Source of the DNA: Argopecten irradians | Taxonomy: Eukaryota | Length of the DNA stretch: 64,000 nt | NCBI RefSeq assembly: GCF_041381155.1 | Contig: NC_091142.1 | Location: 29,883,528 to 29,947,527 of the forward strand | Direction: 5' to 3' | Part shown: in pieces, positions 36,364 to 49,700 of the stretch | How positions within the stretch are numbered: the stretch's first letter is position 1 | How the letters are laid out: each line of letters starts with the position of its first letter | Translations under genes and position numbers: made by a program | The notes under the pieces: model-generated | The model's database searches: none | The model's input: the letters and a program-made list of their open reading frames with translations, nothing else | What the model was told of the DNA's origin: nothing

Positions 36364-37042
36364 AGGGCAAACAACTTCAAGTTATCTGCCGCGGATTGAA
36401 GGGCAGATCACTCCTGTGTAATGGTCCGTGAACTAGAAGGGAGATAACTCATAATCATAGAGATTGTATTTTGGAAGTGTCTATGATGCATAGTAGAAGT
36501 GATTGAAAGTCTTGTGGTTGATTTATATTAGTTCTACATGTTGTGCTTTACAATCAAATATTTAGGTTGTATATACATCTGACATGTGACCATTTTACAT
36601 CCCAGAGATGGGAGTTATGGAGAACACTTCAGGTGATGGCCTTCAAATATTTATATCTTAATATCTGGGATCAAGGACGCTGAGGAACAAAAAAAATTAT
36701 TTCATATTAAATTATCGTTTCTTGTACATTTCATTACTGATGAAGAAAATGTATAATGATATTTATCAAACCCCATTCTTTGTGATTTCTTATGCATAAT
36801 TTAATATTTTCTATGATGATCTTTCTTTATGATTTTTACTGAGTTGTGAGTATTTTTTGTGCATTTCGAGGAATCCTTTATAATTATTCTGTATTCTTAT
36901 TGTATTTATATGCAAATTTTTTTTCATATCGTGTGACTACATTTGTTCTTTATCACTATAGTAACGTACTTAGGGTAAATGTAAAAGGGCGGTTATATTA
37001 CAAGTGCAATTAGTGATGAGAGTTATAATACATGTGATAGAC

Positions 37043-37829
37043 GAATGTAGTGTCATGTTCATACTTTATACAGAGGACTCCACATAATCGAATAACGGTT
37101 ATTCGAATATTTCGGTTATTTGCATAAAATTCTGTGGTCCCGATTTTTTTCCTTCTTTATCTTTGTTTTTCAACTCCGTGTATTTGCATAGACTTTTACA
37201 TGACCTCCGGTTATTTGAATAAAATATTTGGGAAATTCTAAAAATAAAATCGAATATTTTTCAATGTTGCAATATATTTTTAGCGAAATTCGCCGATATA
37301 TGTTTCAAGATACTTCGCTTTTACTAGAAATCATCCTGGTAACAGATTAACGTTATAGTATGGCTTGTTATTTTATGCATGAATCCGCAAAGGTATTCGA
37401 CGCTGTTACGATTTACATCAGCAGCGGTTGATCATAACTTTAGTATATTCACTGACTCAAACATCTAATTAAAGCATTTGCATTTTCAAATATGTTTATT
37501 TATTAACGTAACGTACCTTAGTTCGCGATCGGTTGGAGAAACCATGCTTCCTTACAACAATCGCCATTCATGAGTAGTCTCGTTCAACCAGAGTCTTGTT
37601 GACTACTACAGACATTTGCGTATCAAGCGTCTCGTTGAACGAGACATAAAAGCATGCAAAGTCGGCGTGCAATGACTACCGCAAGTTTCGTACAGTATGT
37701 AAGCTTAGGATACAAAAGATACTTGCTACGTTGTTTCATTGCTACTTGAATATGCATTAATTTCTGAAATGTTATCAAGCTATTCACCGTATAGATCAAC
37801 GAATGTAGTGTCATGTTCATACTTTATAC
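37043..37829. repeat. X-insert-X arrangement: a 30-bp direct repeat (acgaatgtagtgtcatgttcatactttata) flanks a ~722-bp insert that starts TA|CAGAGGACTCC
   Basis: Repeat copies at 37043-37072 and 37798-37827. The first 230 bp of the insert (37073-37300) is related to the Tc1-like MITE at 18389 (shared ggtccc..tcc.tctttatctttgttt and cgaataa blocks). Confidence 0.5.
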
Positions 37830-38155
37830 ATACATATATTTATACAATTTATAGTAAATCCCTTCATCTAGTGCTGGAATCTTTATTCTCTATTGTTAGA
37901 CTATTGACCTTCAAATGACGAATTGACACAGCAATATATTTGTTAACCTTGGTTCGCAGCTGAAGTGGAAAGGTTGCCATGGAAACCTAACTATCTTTTC
38001 TTTCATTTCCATACTGGTACAGAACAGCAACTAAATGTATATGTATAACGTTAACGTTTGCTTATAAGTCACAATTATTTATATACTGTATATAGCTGCT
38101 GATTGATATAATAAAAACCACACATGACAGTGCTAACGTTGTTTGTTTATGGTTG

Positions 38156-41100
38156 TGTGAAGTTGGCTCGATATACGACATTCGACATTCAACATTCAAA
38201 TATCGTTGGCCACCGACGGCCTTTTGAATGTTGTGCAGCTCGACATACGACATTCAACATTCGGAACCTATATATAACTGACAGACGAACGGACTTTTGA
38301 ATGTTGTGCAGCTCGACATACGACATTCAACATTCGGAACTTATAAATAACTGACAGACGAACGGACTTTTGAATGTTGTGCAGCTCGACATACGACATT
38401 CAACATTCGGAACTTATATATAACTGACAGACGAACGGACTTTTGAATGTTGTGCAGCTCGACATACGACATTCAACATTCGGAACATATATATATAACT
38501 GACAGACGAACGGACTTTTGAATGTTGTGCAGCTCGACATACGACATTCAACATTCGGAACTTATATATAACTGACAGACGAACGGACTTTTGAATGTTG
38601 TGCAGCTCGACATACGACATTCAACATTCGGAACTTATATATAACTGACAGACGAACGGACTTTTGAATGTTGTGCAGCTCAACATACGACATTCAACAT
38701 TCGGAACTTATGTATAACTGACTAACGAACGGACTTTTGAATGTTGTGCAGCTCGACATTCGACATTCAACATTCAGAACTTATGTATAACTGACAAACG
38801 AACGGACTTTTGAATGTTGCGCAGCTCGACATTCGACATTCAACATTCAAAACCAATAACTGGCCAACGACAACAGAATCTGAATGTTGCACAGCTCGAC
38901 ATACGACATTCAACATTCAGAACTTATGTATAACTGATAAACGAACGGACTTTTGAATGTTGTGCAGCTCGACATTCGACATTCAACATTCAGAACGTAT
39001 GTATAACTGACAAACGATCGGACTTTTGAATGTTGTGCAGCTCGACATACGACATTCAACATTCGGAACTTATATATAACTGACTAACGAACGGACTTTT
39101 GAATGTTGTGCAGCTCGACATTCGACATTCAACATTCAGAACGTATGTATAACTGACAAACGAACGGACTTTTGAATGTTGCGCAGCTCGACATACGACA
39201 TTCAACATTCGGAACTTATATATAACTTACAGACGAACGGACTTTTGAATGTTGTGCAGCTCGACATACGACATTCAACATTCGGAACTTATATATAACT
39301 GACAGACGAACGGACTTTTGAATGTTGTGCAGCTCAACATACGACATTCAACATTCGGAACTTATGTATAACTGACTAACGAACGGACTTTTGAATGTTG
39401 TGCAGCTCGACATACGACATTCAACTTTCGGAAGTTATATATAACTGACTAACGAACGGATTTTTGAATGTTGTGCAGCTCGACATACGACATTCAACAT
39501 TCGGAACTTATATATAACTGAAAGACGAACGGACTTTTGAATGTTGTGCAGCTCGACATACGACATTCAACTTTCGGAAGTTATATATAACTGACAGACG
39601 AACGGACTTTTGAATGTTGTGCAGCTCGACATACGACATTCAACATTCGGAACTTATATATAACTGACAGACGAACGGACTTTTGAATGTTGTGCAGCTC
39701 AACATACGACATTCAACATTCGGAATTTATGTATAACTGACTAACGAACGGACTTTTGAATGTTGTGCAGCTCGACATTCGACATTCAACATTCAGAACG
39801 TATGTATAACTGACAAACGAACGGACTTTTGAATGTTGCGCAGCTCGACATGCGACATTCAACATTCAAAAAACCAATAACTGGCCAACGACAACAGAAT
39901 CTGAATGTTGCACAGCTCGACATACGACATTCAACATTCAGAACTAATGTATAACTGATAAACGAACGGACTTTTGAATGTTGTGCAGCTCGACATACGA
40001 CATTCAACATTCGGAACTTATATATAACTGACTAACGAACGGACTTTTGAATGTTGTGCAGATCAACATACGACATTCAACATTCAGAACTTATGTATAA
40101 CTGATAAACGAACGGACTTTTGAATGTTGTGCAGCTCGACATACGACATTCAACATTCGGAATTTATATATAACTTACAGACGAACGGACTTTTGAATGT
40201 TGTGCAGCTCAACATACGACATTCAACATTCGGAACTTCTATATAACTGATAAACGAACGGACTTTTGAATGTTGTGCAGCTCGACATTCGACATTCAAC
40301 ATTCAGAACGTATGTATAACTGACAAACGAACGGACTTTTGAATGTTTCGCAGCTCGACATTCGACATTCAACATTCAAAAAACCAATCACTGGCCAACG
40401 ACAACAGAATCTGAATGTTGCACAGCTCGACATACGACATTCAACATTCAGAACTTATGTATAACTGATAAACGAACGGACTTTTGAATGTTGTGCAGCT
40501 CGACATTCGACATTCAACATTCAAAACCAATAACTGGCCAACGACAACAGAATCTGAATGTTGCACAGCTCGACATACGACATTCAACATTCAGAACTTA
40601 TGTATAACTGATAAACGAACGGACTTTTGAATGTTGTGCAGCTCGACATACGACATTCAACATTCGGAACTTATATATAACTGACAAACGAACGGACTTT
40701 TGAATGTTGTGCAGCTCGACATACGACATTCAACATTCGGAACTTATATATAACTGACTAACGAACGGACTTTTGAATGTTGTGCAGCTCGACATACGAC
40801 ATTCAACATTCAGAACTTATATATAACTGACAAACGAACGGACTTTTGAATGTTGCGCAGCTCGACATACGACATTCAACATTCAAAACCAATAACTGGC
40901 CAACGACAACAGAATCTGAATGTTGCGCAGCTCAACATACGACATTCAACATTCGAAACTTATACATAACTAACTAATGAACGGACTTTTGAATGTTGTG
41001 CAGCTCGACATATAATAATCAACATTCAAGCTTGATCGGAATTTTGAATGTCGTGTTGCTCGACTTACGACATTTAACATTGAAAACATATATAGATAGC

Positions 41101-41410
41101 CAACAGGAACGGACTTTTGTATGTCGTACAGCTCAACATACGACATTCAACATGCCGAATTTGATTATTGTTCAGTTCCACATACGACATTCAACATTCA
41201 AATTTTATATATATGACAAACGAACAGAGTTTTAAATGTTTTGCATATCGATATTCAACATTTAACGTACACAAACTATACCTGACCTATGAGCGGAATT
41301 TTAAATGGTGTTTAGCTTGACATTCAACACGTTATTTTCATTTTGACGTTTTATGTTTCGACATTTGACAGTTAACATTTAGAATGTGACTGTTGAAATC
41401 AAATGTCGTG
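38156..41410 (+). repeat. Satellite array A: ~73-bp monomer, about 40 clean copies plus a degenerate inner tail (41050-41410)
   Basis: The period is 73 bp (acagacgaac recurs at 38281 and 38354). Monomer: gacgaacggacttttgaatgttgtgcagctcgacatacgacattcaacattcggaacttatatataactgaca. A subvariant unit carries aaaaccaataactggccaacgacaacagaatctgaatgttgcacagctcgac. Confidence 0.95.
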
Positions 41411-43239
41411 TTTTATATGTATAACGGAATCTTTCTCCAACACAATTTCGAAGATTGTTTTCTTCTTTATTTTGTGTGTTAGCTGATTTTTACCAGCTCA
41501 CATAGGCGCAATGAAGATGGATATAGATAGATGTGAGACAATACGCCAAAAACATGAGATGGCAAAACCAGACACCAAATTAGCAACAGGAATACCACTT
41601 CGTCGTCTTCTTACCTAGAGTTTGTCGCGTTGTCACTATATCTTTTTCTTATCGCGTAATCATATATCATATTGTCGCCTTGGCGCTCCTGTGATTGTGC
41701 AAGAATGCGACCTTACGACAAAGCGACAATGCGCTGAATGTTAAATGTTGTAACAACAGTAATTATGGTATAATTTGTATCTAATTATTTGGGATTCGTA
41801 TTAGTACATACTTATGATAGAAAAAAATCAGTTAATGACCGAAGAGATATAAGATATTGATGGTGTGAAATTTAGCATTTGTTTTTGAAGGTAGCACCGG
41901 TCGTGTATGTGGCCTGCTATGAAAATTATTAAAAGTTGTCAGAAATACATCAGGGCCGTTTCTGTAGAATATCAAACTATGAAGAAATGTCTTATTTTTT
42001 TCAGTATGCATATCACGACCAACATCTTGAAATGCGTATCATCATGCTATATATTCTCCATTGAATGGTACTGCATGGACTTCCAACAGCTTTATGACAC
42101 CAAATCGATTATCCTTTCAAAGAGTCAAATCTCACGAGAAATTGCTATTTATTGTAACAGTGATTATATGCAGGTGTGCCTCTGTGCAGGTCTCCGAAGA
42201 ATTTAGATTTTTATTCTTAATTAATAGACTACTGTGATCTTAAATTTAGATAAATTACACTTTTGAGAAAGGAATGACAAAGACTAAACGTTAGGTTAAG
42301 AGGATCGAGACACCTCCAAGTCAGCACGATGCATATTTATTGTGTTGTTCGGTATTCCTCATATATCTATTTTATACATTTTACAGAACCTGTACATCAT
42401 GTTTGGTGATCATAAACTTAATCACCATATAATTACTGGTATAAATATCACCTAAACCAATGTTCTTGAAGAAAGAAAAATGTTGATCAGTGTCAGTGGC
42501 TTTAGTGCATAATTTTCTAGTGATGTAAGTGGTATGAGGTTTATATACAGAGATCTATTTGTTCAAATGTAAATCAATTTTATGCAAGAATTGTTGGAAC
42601 GAAATTATCCAGTAAAACATGTCTCTTAACTTAACAAATATGTATATATGACAGTGATTTTCAAACTCATCTGACTTATTTCAAGCATTAGTAGCAAATA
42701 CTAATTTCGGTTTTTGAATTCCAACATGCGAAAGGCAGGGGCACAACAACAGAATTGTTGAATACTCACTTGAATATTGTTTTGGTTTGCGTGTGTATAT
42801 TGCTTCATATTGTGTTCGTATGCAAAAGTATTGCATGAAGCTTAGGAATGTGTTCACAGAAGAGAGTGTTGCCTCCGTGAAGTTGATTCCACTTCCTTAT
42901 TCCATTACTTATTCGATTCCCTGATTTCTTATTCGATTTCCTATTTACTTATTCGACTCCAAGGTACTTATTAACATCATAAATGGTTTAAAATGCATTG
43001 TATGTATTCTGATGCACTATCTTATACTTTGATTCCAACTAACCGGATTAGATGGTGTTCAGAGCCAAGAGGCACCACAAGATGGAGAGGCTGGTGCGGC
43101 TTTCCATCAAGATTTTGTCTTACATAGACGGTTTATCTATATAGGGTATGTGCCCGAGGGTTGGATATCTGAGACAGAGCAAGCCAACATACATGACAGA
43201 TATGCCCTTACCAGGGCATTGAGAGTTTTTGCTTCATTG

Positions 43240-44900
43240 TTTGTCAATATCGTGTTGGCAAGGCGTTTTTTGTTTTGAAAAAAACCCGCTTACTTGAGGA
43301 ACCTTGTCGTTCCCGTTTGGTGACTGCCCCTTTGTATGGGTCCAACCTTTTTCGAGGGACTCTTTCTTCTATTCCAAAGGATTTGAAGGAGGCCTTGGTA
43401 ACTTCTGCCCTTCGTTTGAAGATAATGCGGGAAGGCCAGTACCTCACAGGGGTCAGCGCCTCCTGATAAGATGGCTGGAACTTCAGCTCCCCAGTCTGCT
43501 GTGCAGCCGAAATCGAAGCCTTAGTTGAAGGGCAACAAGAGAAAGGTTGATAAAGATAAAACCCCTCCTGGGGGCAATACGAAGAGTTCCTGACTCTTTC
43601 TCCCTTTCCTTTGTCGTTCCAGACGAAAGTTCTTTTCTGCAGGGCTCCGCTCCTCCAATTGTAGATTCTGGTTCTTTGAGGAATAGATTTCAGGAGAGGA
43701 AACGGATTTCTGCATTTCAGGGGAATAGATGTTTACATCTATTTCGACGATTCTTTCATGCTCCAGCTAGTGTGGTATTCTTTAGAATAGAACACCCGTC
43801 TGGTCCTGAAAGTCGGCTTCATTCCTTCCAGGGAGAAGACCGAGGTTTCCCCTTCTGAAGACTTTGTCTTCCTGGGAAACTGTTTCCACACGGTTCAGAG
43901 TATTGCCTTTCCACCGTAGGAGAAGATCGAGAAGGCTAAAGATCTTGTTTTGACCTCCATCGGCTCGTCCCACGTCTAGGTTCCTTGATTTCTGGGTTAC
44001 CTCAATGCTCTGGCAGATTTAGTCCCTCTAGGGAGACGTTATATCAGACCTCCCCAGATGTTCTTCCTTGCGAACTGGGTCCCTGCCATCAGGGAATTAG
44101 CTTCCTCTCAACCAGTCGGAGAAGGATTTATTCGGTGTTAAATATAAAAGACAATGTTCTATGGGGGATTCAGTTGTCCACGACAGCTTTCACGAATGAC
44201 CTTGTTCACGGATGCGTAAATGAAAGGGCGGAGGGCTTACTACCTGGGTGGCCATCGCCAGTCCTTTGTGCCCTCGCTATCTGTATTCACTGTTTTAGTC
44301 AAGCATCTTCCGGACAGGTTGACTGTTCTAGCAGATACTCTTTCAAGGCGCCGCCAGCCGGTTCTGTCAGAATGGCAGCTAAATCCCTCGATCTTCGCGG
44401 GCATTTTTCAGATGTGGAACAGGCCTCACATAGACCATTTCGCCAAAATTTCCTGAACAACTAGTTGCCAACCTTTGTCTATCCGGTGGTAACAGACCAA
44501 ATAATTGTGGACGCACTGTATCTGGATTGGGACGGATGCATTATTATGCTTCCCTTCCATATAACCAGGTATGCAGGGTTCTACATTAGCTTTGGGAGGA
44601 TTATTGCTCTCCTTCTGATATTGCCCCTTTGGGTGAGACAACTCTGATTTCCGGAGCTCTTGTAGTTTTTGGTAGATGTTCCTCTAGCTCTCCCACCCAA
44701 ACCAATATCCTGCGCCAGTCACGGTCCAGGAGTATGCATTCAAGTCCCGAGAACCTCCACCTTCACACAGCGGAAGCTATCTCAAGACGCCTCGCTCAGG
44801 CAGGTTTTTCTTCGGACGTGTCACCTATCACCACCCGATCAATTATGTCTTCCTCTTCTGCGTCTACCAGTCACGAAGATTTTCTGTGACTGGTGAATCG
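43240..44900 (+). mobile_element. Degenerate DIRS-like (tyrosine-recombinase-type) retroelement relic with RNase H C-terminal motifs
   Basis: The + strand frames give ...HLPDRLTVLADTLSRRRQPVLSEWQLNPSIFAGIFQMWNRPHIDHFA, which matches the ADALSR...EW.L.P..F..I...WG.P.IDLFA block. Further downstream VDALYLDWDGCIIMLPFHI matches DAF..W......Y.FPPF.LI. The frames are broken by stops and shifts, the GC content is higher than in the flanks, and no intact ORF exists. Confidence 0.45.
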
Positions 44901-46708
44901 GTAGAAGGATGGATCCGGCCAAGGCCTCTGTCCAGCTCATTGCTGATTTCCTTCTCTTTTTGTTTAGATAATGCAATTTATCGCAGAACTATTGTCATGA
45001 TAGACCGGAGGTAGCATCATCCGCCTCTTTGTCTGCCTTTATTGAGGGGAGGGGAGGGGGTAGTTCAGGCTGGAAATGTATTACTGAAAGAAAATTGAGG
45101 CTTTTGCTATGTAAAACCAATTTTCATGATGTAATATTTATCATAACTTTATGGAGTCCCATCCTTCTCTTTCCTCCCCTTTCCTCCCCAGCCATTTTGC
45201 CCTTGTGATACTTTATAAGCTCTTAATATGGAAGTAAAGGTTAAATAGATCATTTCGATGCTTAATAATGCATTTTGAACAATTTGTGATACCCATTAGT
45301 ACCTACAAAACGAATAAGTAATTTGTCATGTCTGATCTCGGTCGCCTTAGTTTCAAAGAGACGAAACATGAAATGGACGACAATCATGGCAAAATAAATG
45401 ACGAACTTGATGAAAATAAGGAACCAGAACTGTTTTGAGTTTGTAATAGCGTGTGTGGACTCTAACTGGTCCTTGGCCTCTCAAATTCAGTAAGTTACAC
45501 AAAAAATATATCTTAGTTACACTATTTTCTAGTTTGGAACTGATTCAGCAGTACCAGGTATTGCAATTATGGATTCAGTTATCATGAAGCAAATCAAAAT
45601 ATTTTTTCAACTATCTATTTAGCAATATTGAATACCCATCCTTTGGGGATGCATTGATAAAATATGAGAGATATCCATTCCTTACATTCAGATAAGTCGT
45701 TTATATCCAAATAACCTGTTTGAATTCTTGTGGTCCGATTTCTTGATCCCCTGCTTAGTCAATGCCATGATACACATGATGTCATTCAAATCACAACACC
45801 TTCGGTCTGCTACATATTATAGATTAGACTATATTCATTCTTAGCGGTCAGAGAAGAGGTACTTTCTAATATAGACAAGTTGGCCAAATTTAACCCTGAC
45901 ACTTTTACCCAAGGAGTATCAGGCAACCATTCTGGGAGGCTATGTATGAAGAATGACATACAATATGTATATTCACCCCTAGCCGAGCTCTGTCGATTTC
46001 ATCATTACAAAAAGCCCACCAGTTCCTCCACAATGTTAAAATTTAGTTGAACTGGTACATATAAACTTAGACTTAGATATAAACATTGTACATTGTGAAT
46101 CAGAATGGGTTATTACAAGCTCAATAACACTTAATGTTGATTGATGAATTGAAAATGTCAAAATGCAAAATATTAAAACAAAATCCTGCTGATAAGACGA
46201 TGACATTGATTGAATGAAGAATTACCAAAGTCGAGCTGCACAAATTTGAAAACATAGATGGGTCACAAGATACTTTTGATACCTAACGTTACACTAGCGT
46301 GACGTCGAACGGCGTCAAATACGGACAAGGGTTTAAATAAAAACATGTCACATAAACAAATGTCTAATATAGAAAACACAAAATTAATGTGATATTTATC
46401 TAATCCTTATAATATGAGCTATAGGACCATATGCATAAACTATATGATTATATACATTTGTATATTGTGTTCGTGTCTGCCAATATTTCCATTCCGATTG
46501 AATTGTGGATTCCTGTAATGTACGTTGTTGAAACTTCTCTCATGAAATCTCGCGAGCTTTTCGATATGTAATAATCCTGTCGCCTATAAATTAATTAAAC
46601 GAACAAAACAATATCCATACGCATACATAAGATACGGAAGCCTACACTATAGTGTGTTTAATACATTGAAGGAAGGTAACTGATTGGAGAATGTTTATTG
46701 TGGAATCT

Positions 46709-49700
46709 CGAACTGCAAAACATGTCGTATGTCGAGCTGTGCAACATTCCGATTCTGTTGCCGTTGGCCAGTTATTGGTTTTGAATGTTGAATGTCGAAT
46801 GTCGAGCTGCACAACATTCAAAAGTCCGTTCGTTTATCAGTTATACATAAGTTCTGAATGTTGAATGTCGAATGTCGAGCTGCGCAACATTCAAAAGTCC
46901 GTTCGTTTGTCAGTTATACATACGTTCTGAATGATGAATGTCGAATGTCGAGCTGCACATCATTCAAAAGTCCGTTCGTTTATCGGTTATACATACGTTC
47001 TGAATGTTGAATGTCGAATGTCGAGCTGCGCAACATTCAAAAGTCCGCTCAGTGGTCAGTTATACATAAGTTTTGAATGTTGAATGTCGAATTTCGAGCT
47101 GCACAACATTCAAAAGTCCGTTCGTTTGTCACTTAAATATATATAAGTTCCGAATGTTGAATGTCGTATGTCGAGCTGCACAACATTCAAAAGTCCGTTC
47201 GTTTATCAGTTATATATAAGTTCCGAATGTTGAATGTCGTATGTTGAGTTGCACAACATTCAAAAGTCCGTTCGTCAGTCAGTTATATACAAGTTCCGAA
47301 TGTTGAATGTCGAATGTCGAGCTGCACAACATTTAAAAGTCCGTTCGTTTATCAGTTATACATAAGTTCTGAATGTTGAATGTCGAATGTCGAGCTGTGC
47401 AACATTCAGATTCTTTTGTCGTTGGCCAGTTATTGGTTTTGAATGTTGAATGTCGAATGTCGAGCTGCACAACATTCAAAAGTCCATTCGTTTATCAATT
47501 ATACATCAGTTCTGAATGTTGAATGTCGAATGTCGAGCTGCGCAACATCCAAAAGTCCGTTCGTTTGTCACTTATACATACGTTCTGAATGTTGAATGTC
47601 GTATGTCGAGCTGTGCAACATTCAGATTCTGTTGTCGTTGGCCAGTTATTGGTTTTGAATGTTGAATGTCGAATGTCGAGCTGCACAACATTTAAAAGTC
47701 CGTTCGTTTATCAGTTATACATAAGTTCTGAATGTTGAATGTCGAATGTCGAGCTGCGCAACATTCAAAAGTCCGTTCGTTTGTCAGTTATACATACGTT
47801 CTGAATGTTGAATGTCGAATGTCGAGCTGCACAACATTCAAAAGTCCGTTCGTTTATCAGTTATACATAAGTTCTGAATGTTGAATGTCGAATGTCGAGC
47901 TGCGCAACATTCAAAAGTCCGTTCAGTGGTCAGTTATACATAAGTTTTGAATGTTGAATGTCGAATGTCGAGCTGCACAACATTCAAAAGTCCGTTCGTT
48001 TGTCACTTAAATATATATAAGTTCCGAATGTTGAATGTCGTATGTCGAGCTGCACAACATTCAAAAGTCCGTTCGTCTGTCAGTTATATATAAGTTCCGA
48101 ATGTTGAATGTCGTATGTCGAGCTGCACAACATTCAAAAGTCCGTTCGTCTGTCAGTTATATATAAGTTCCGAATGTTGAATGTCGTATGTCGAGCTGCA
48201 CAACATTCAAAAGTCCGTTCGTCTGTCAGTTATATATAGGTTCCGAATGTTGAATGTCGAATGTCGAGCTGCACAACATTCAAAAGTCCGTTCGTTTATC
48301 AGTTATACATCAGTTCTGAATGTTGAATGTCGAATGTCGAGCTGCGCAACATCCAAAAGTCCGTTCGTTTGTCACTTATACATACGTTCTGAATGTTGAA
48401 TGTCGAATGTCGAGCTGCACAACATTCAAAAGTTCGTTCGTTAGTCAGTTATACATAAGTTCCGAATGTTGAATGTCGTATGTTGAGCTGCACAACATTC
48501 AAAAGTCCGTTCGTCTGTCAGTTATATATAAGTTCCGAATGTTGAATGTCGTATGTCGAGCTGCACAACATTCAAAAGTCCGTTCGTCTGTAAGTTATAT
48601 ATAAGTTCCGAATGTTGAATGTCGTATGTCGAGCTGTACAACATTCAAAAGTCCGTTCATTTGTCAGTTATATATAAGTTCCAAATGTTGAATGTCGCAT
48701 GTCGAGCTGCGCAACATTCAAATTGTTGTCGTTGGCCAGTTACTGGTTTTGAATGTTGAATGTCGTATGTCGAGCTGCGCAACATTCAAAAGTCCGTTCG
48801 TTTGTCAGTTATACATACTTCTGAATGTTGAATGTCGAATGTCGAGCTGCACAACATTCAAAAGTCCGTTCGTTGGTCAGTTATATATAAGTTCCGAATG
48901 TTGAATGTCGTATGTTGAGTTGCACAACATTCAAACGTCCGTTCGTCAGTCAGTTATATACAAGTTCCGAATGTTGAATGTCGAATGTCGAGCTGCACAA
49001 CATTCAAAAGTCCGTTGGTTAGTCAGTTATATATAAGTTCCGAATGTTTGAATGTCGAATGTCGAGCTGCGCAACATTCAAAAGTCCGTTCGTTTATCAG
49101 TTATACATAAGTTCTGAATGTTGAATGTCGTATGTCGAGCTGCGCAACATTCAGATTCTGTTGTCGTTGGTCAGTTATTGGTTTTGAATGTTGAATGTCG
49201 TATGTCGAGCTGCGCAACATTCAAAAGTCCGTTCGTTTATCAGTTATACATAAGTTCTGAATGTTGAATGTCGTATGTCGAGCTGCGCAACATTCAGATT
49301 CTGTTGTCGTTGGCCAGTTATTGGTTTTGAATGTTGAATGTCGAATGTCGAGCTGCACAACATTCAAAAGTCCGTTCGTTTATCAGTTATACATAAGTTC
49401 TGAATGTTGAATGTCGAATGTCGAGCTGCGCAACATTCAAAAGTCCGTTCGTTTGTCAGTTATACATACGTTCTGAATGTTGAATGTCGAATGTCGAGCT
49501 GCACAACATTCAAAAGTCCGTTCGTTAGTCAGTTATACATAAGTTCCGAATGTTGAATGTCGTATGTTGAGCTGCACAACATTCAAAAGTCCGTTCGTCT
49601 GTCAGTTATATATAAGTTCCGAATGTTGAATGTCGTATGTCGAGCTGCACAACATTCAAAAGTCCGTTCGTCGGTAAGTTACATGTATATATAAGTTCCG

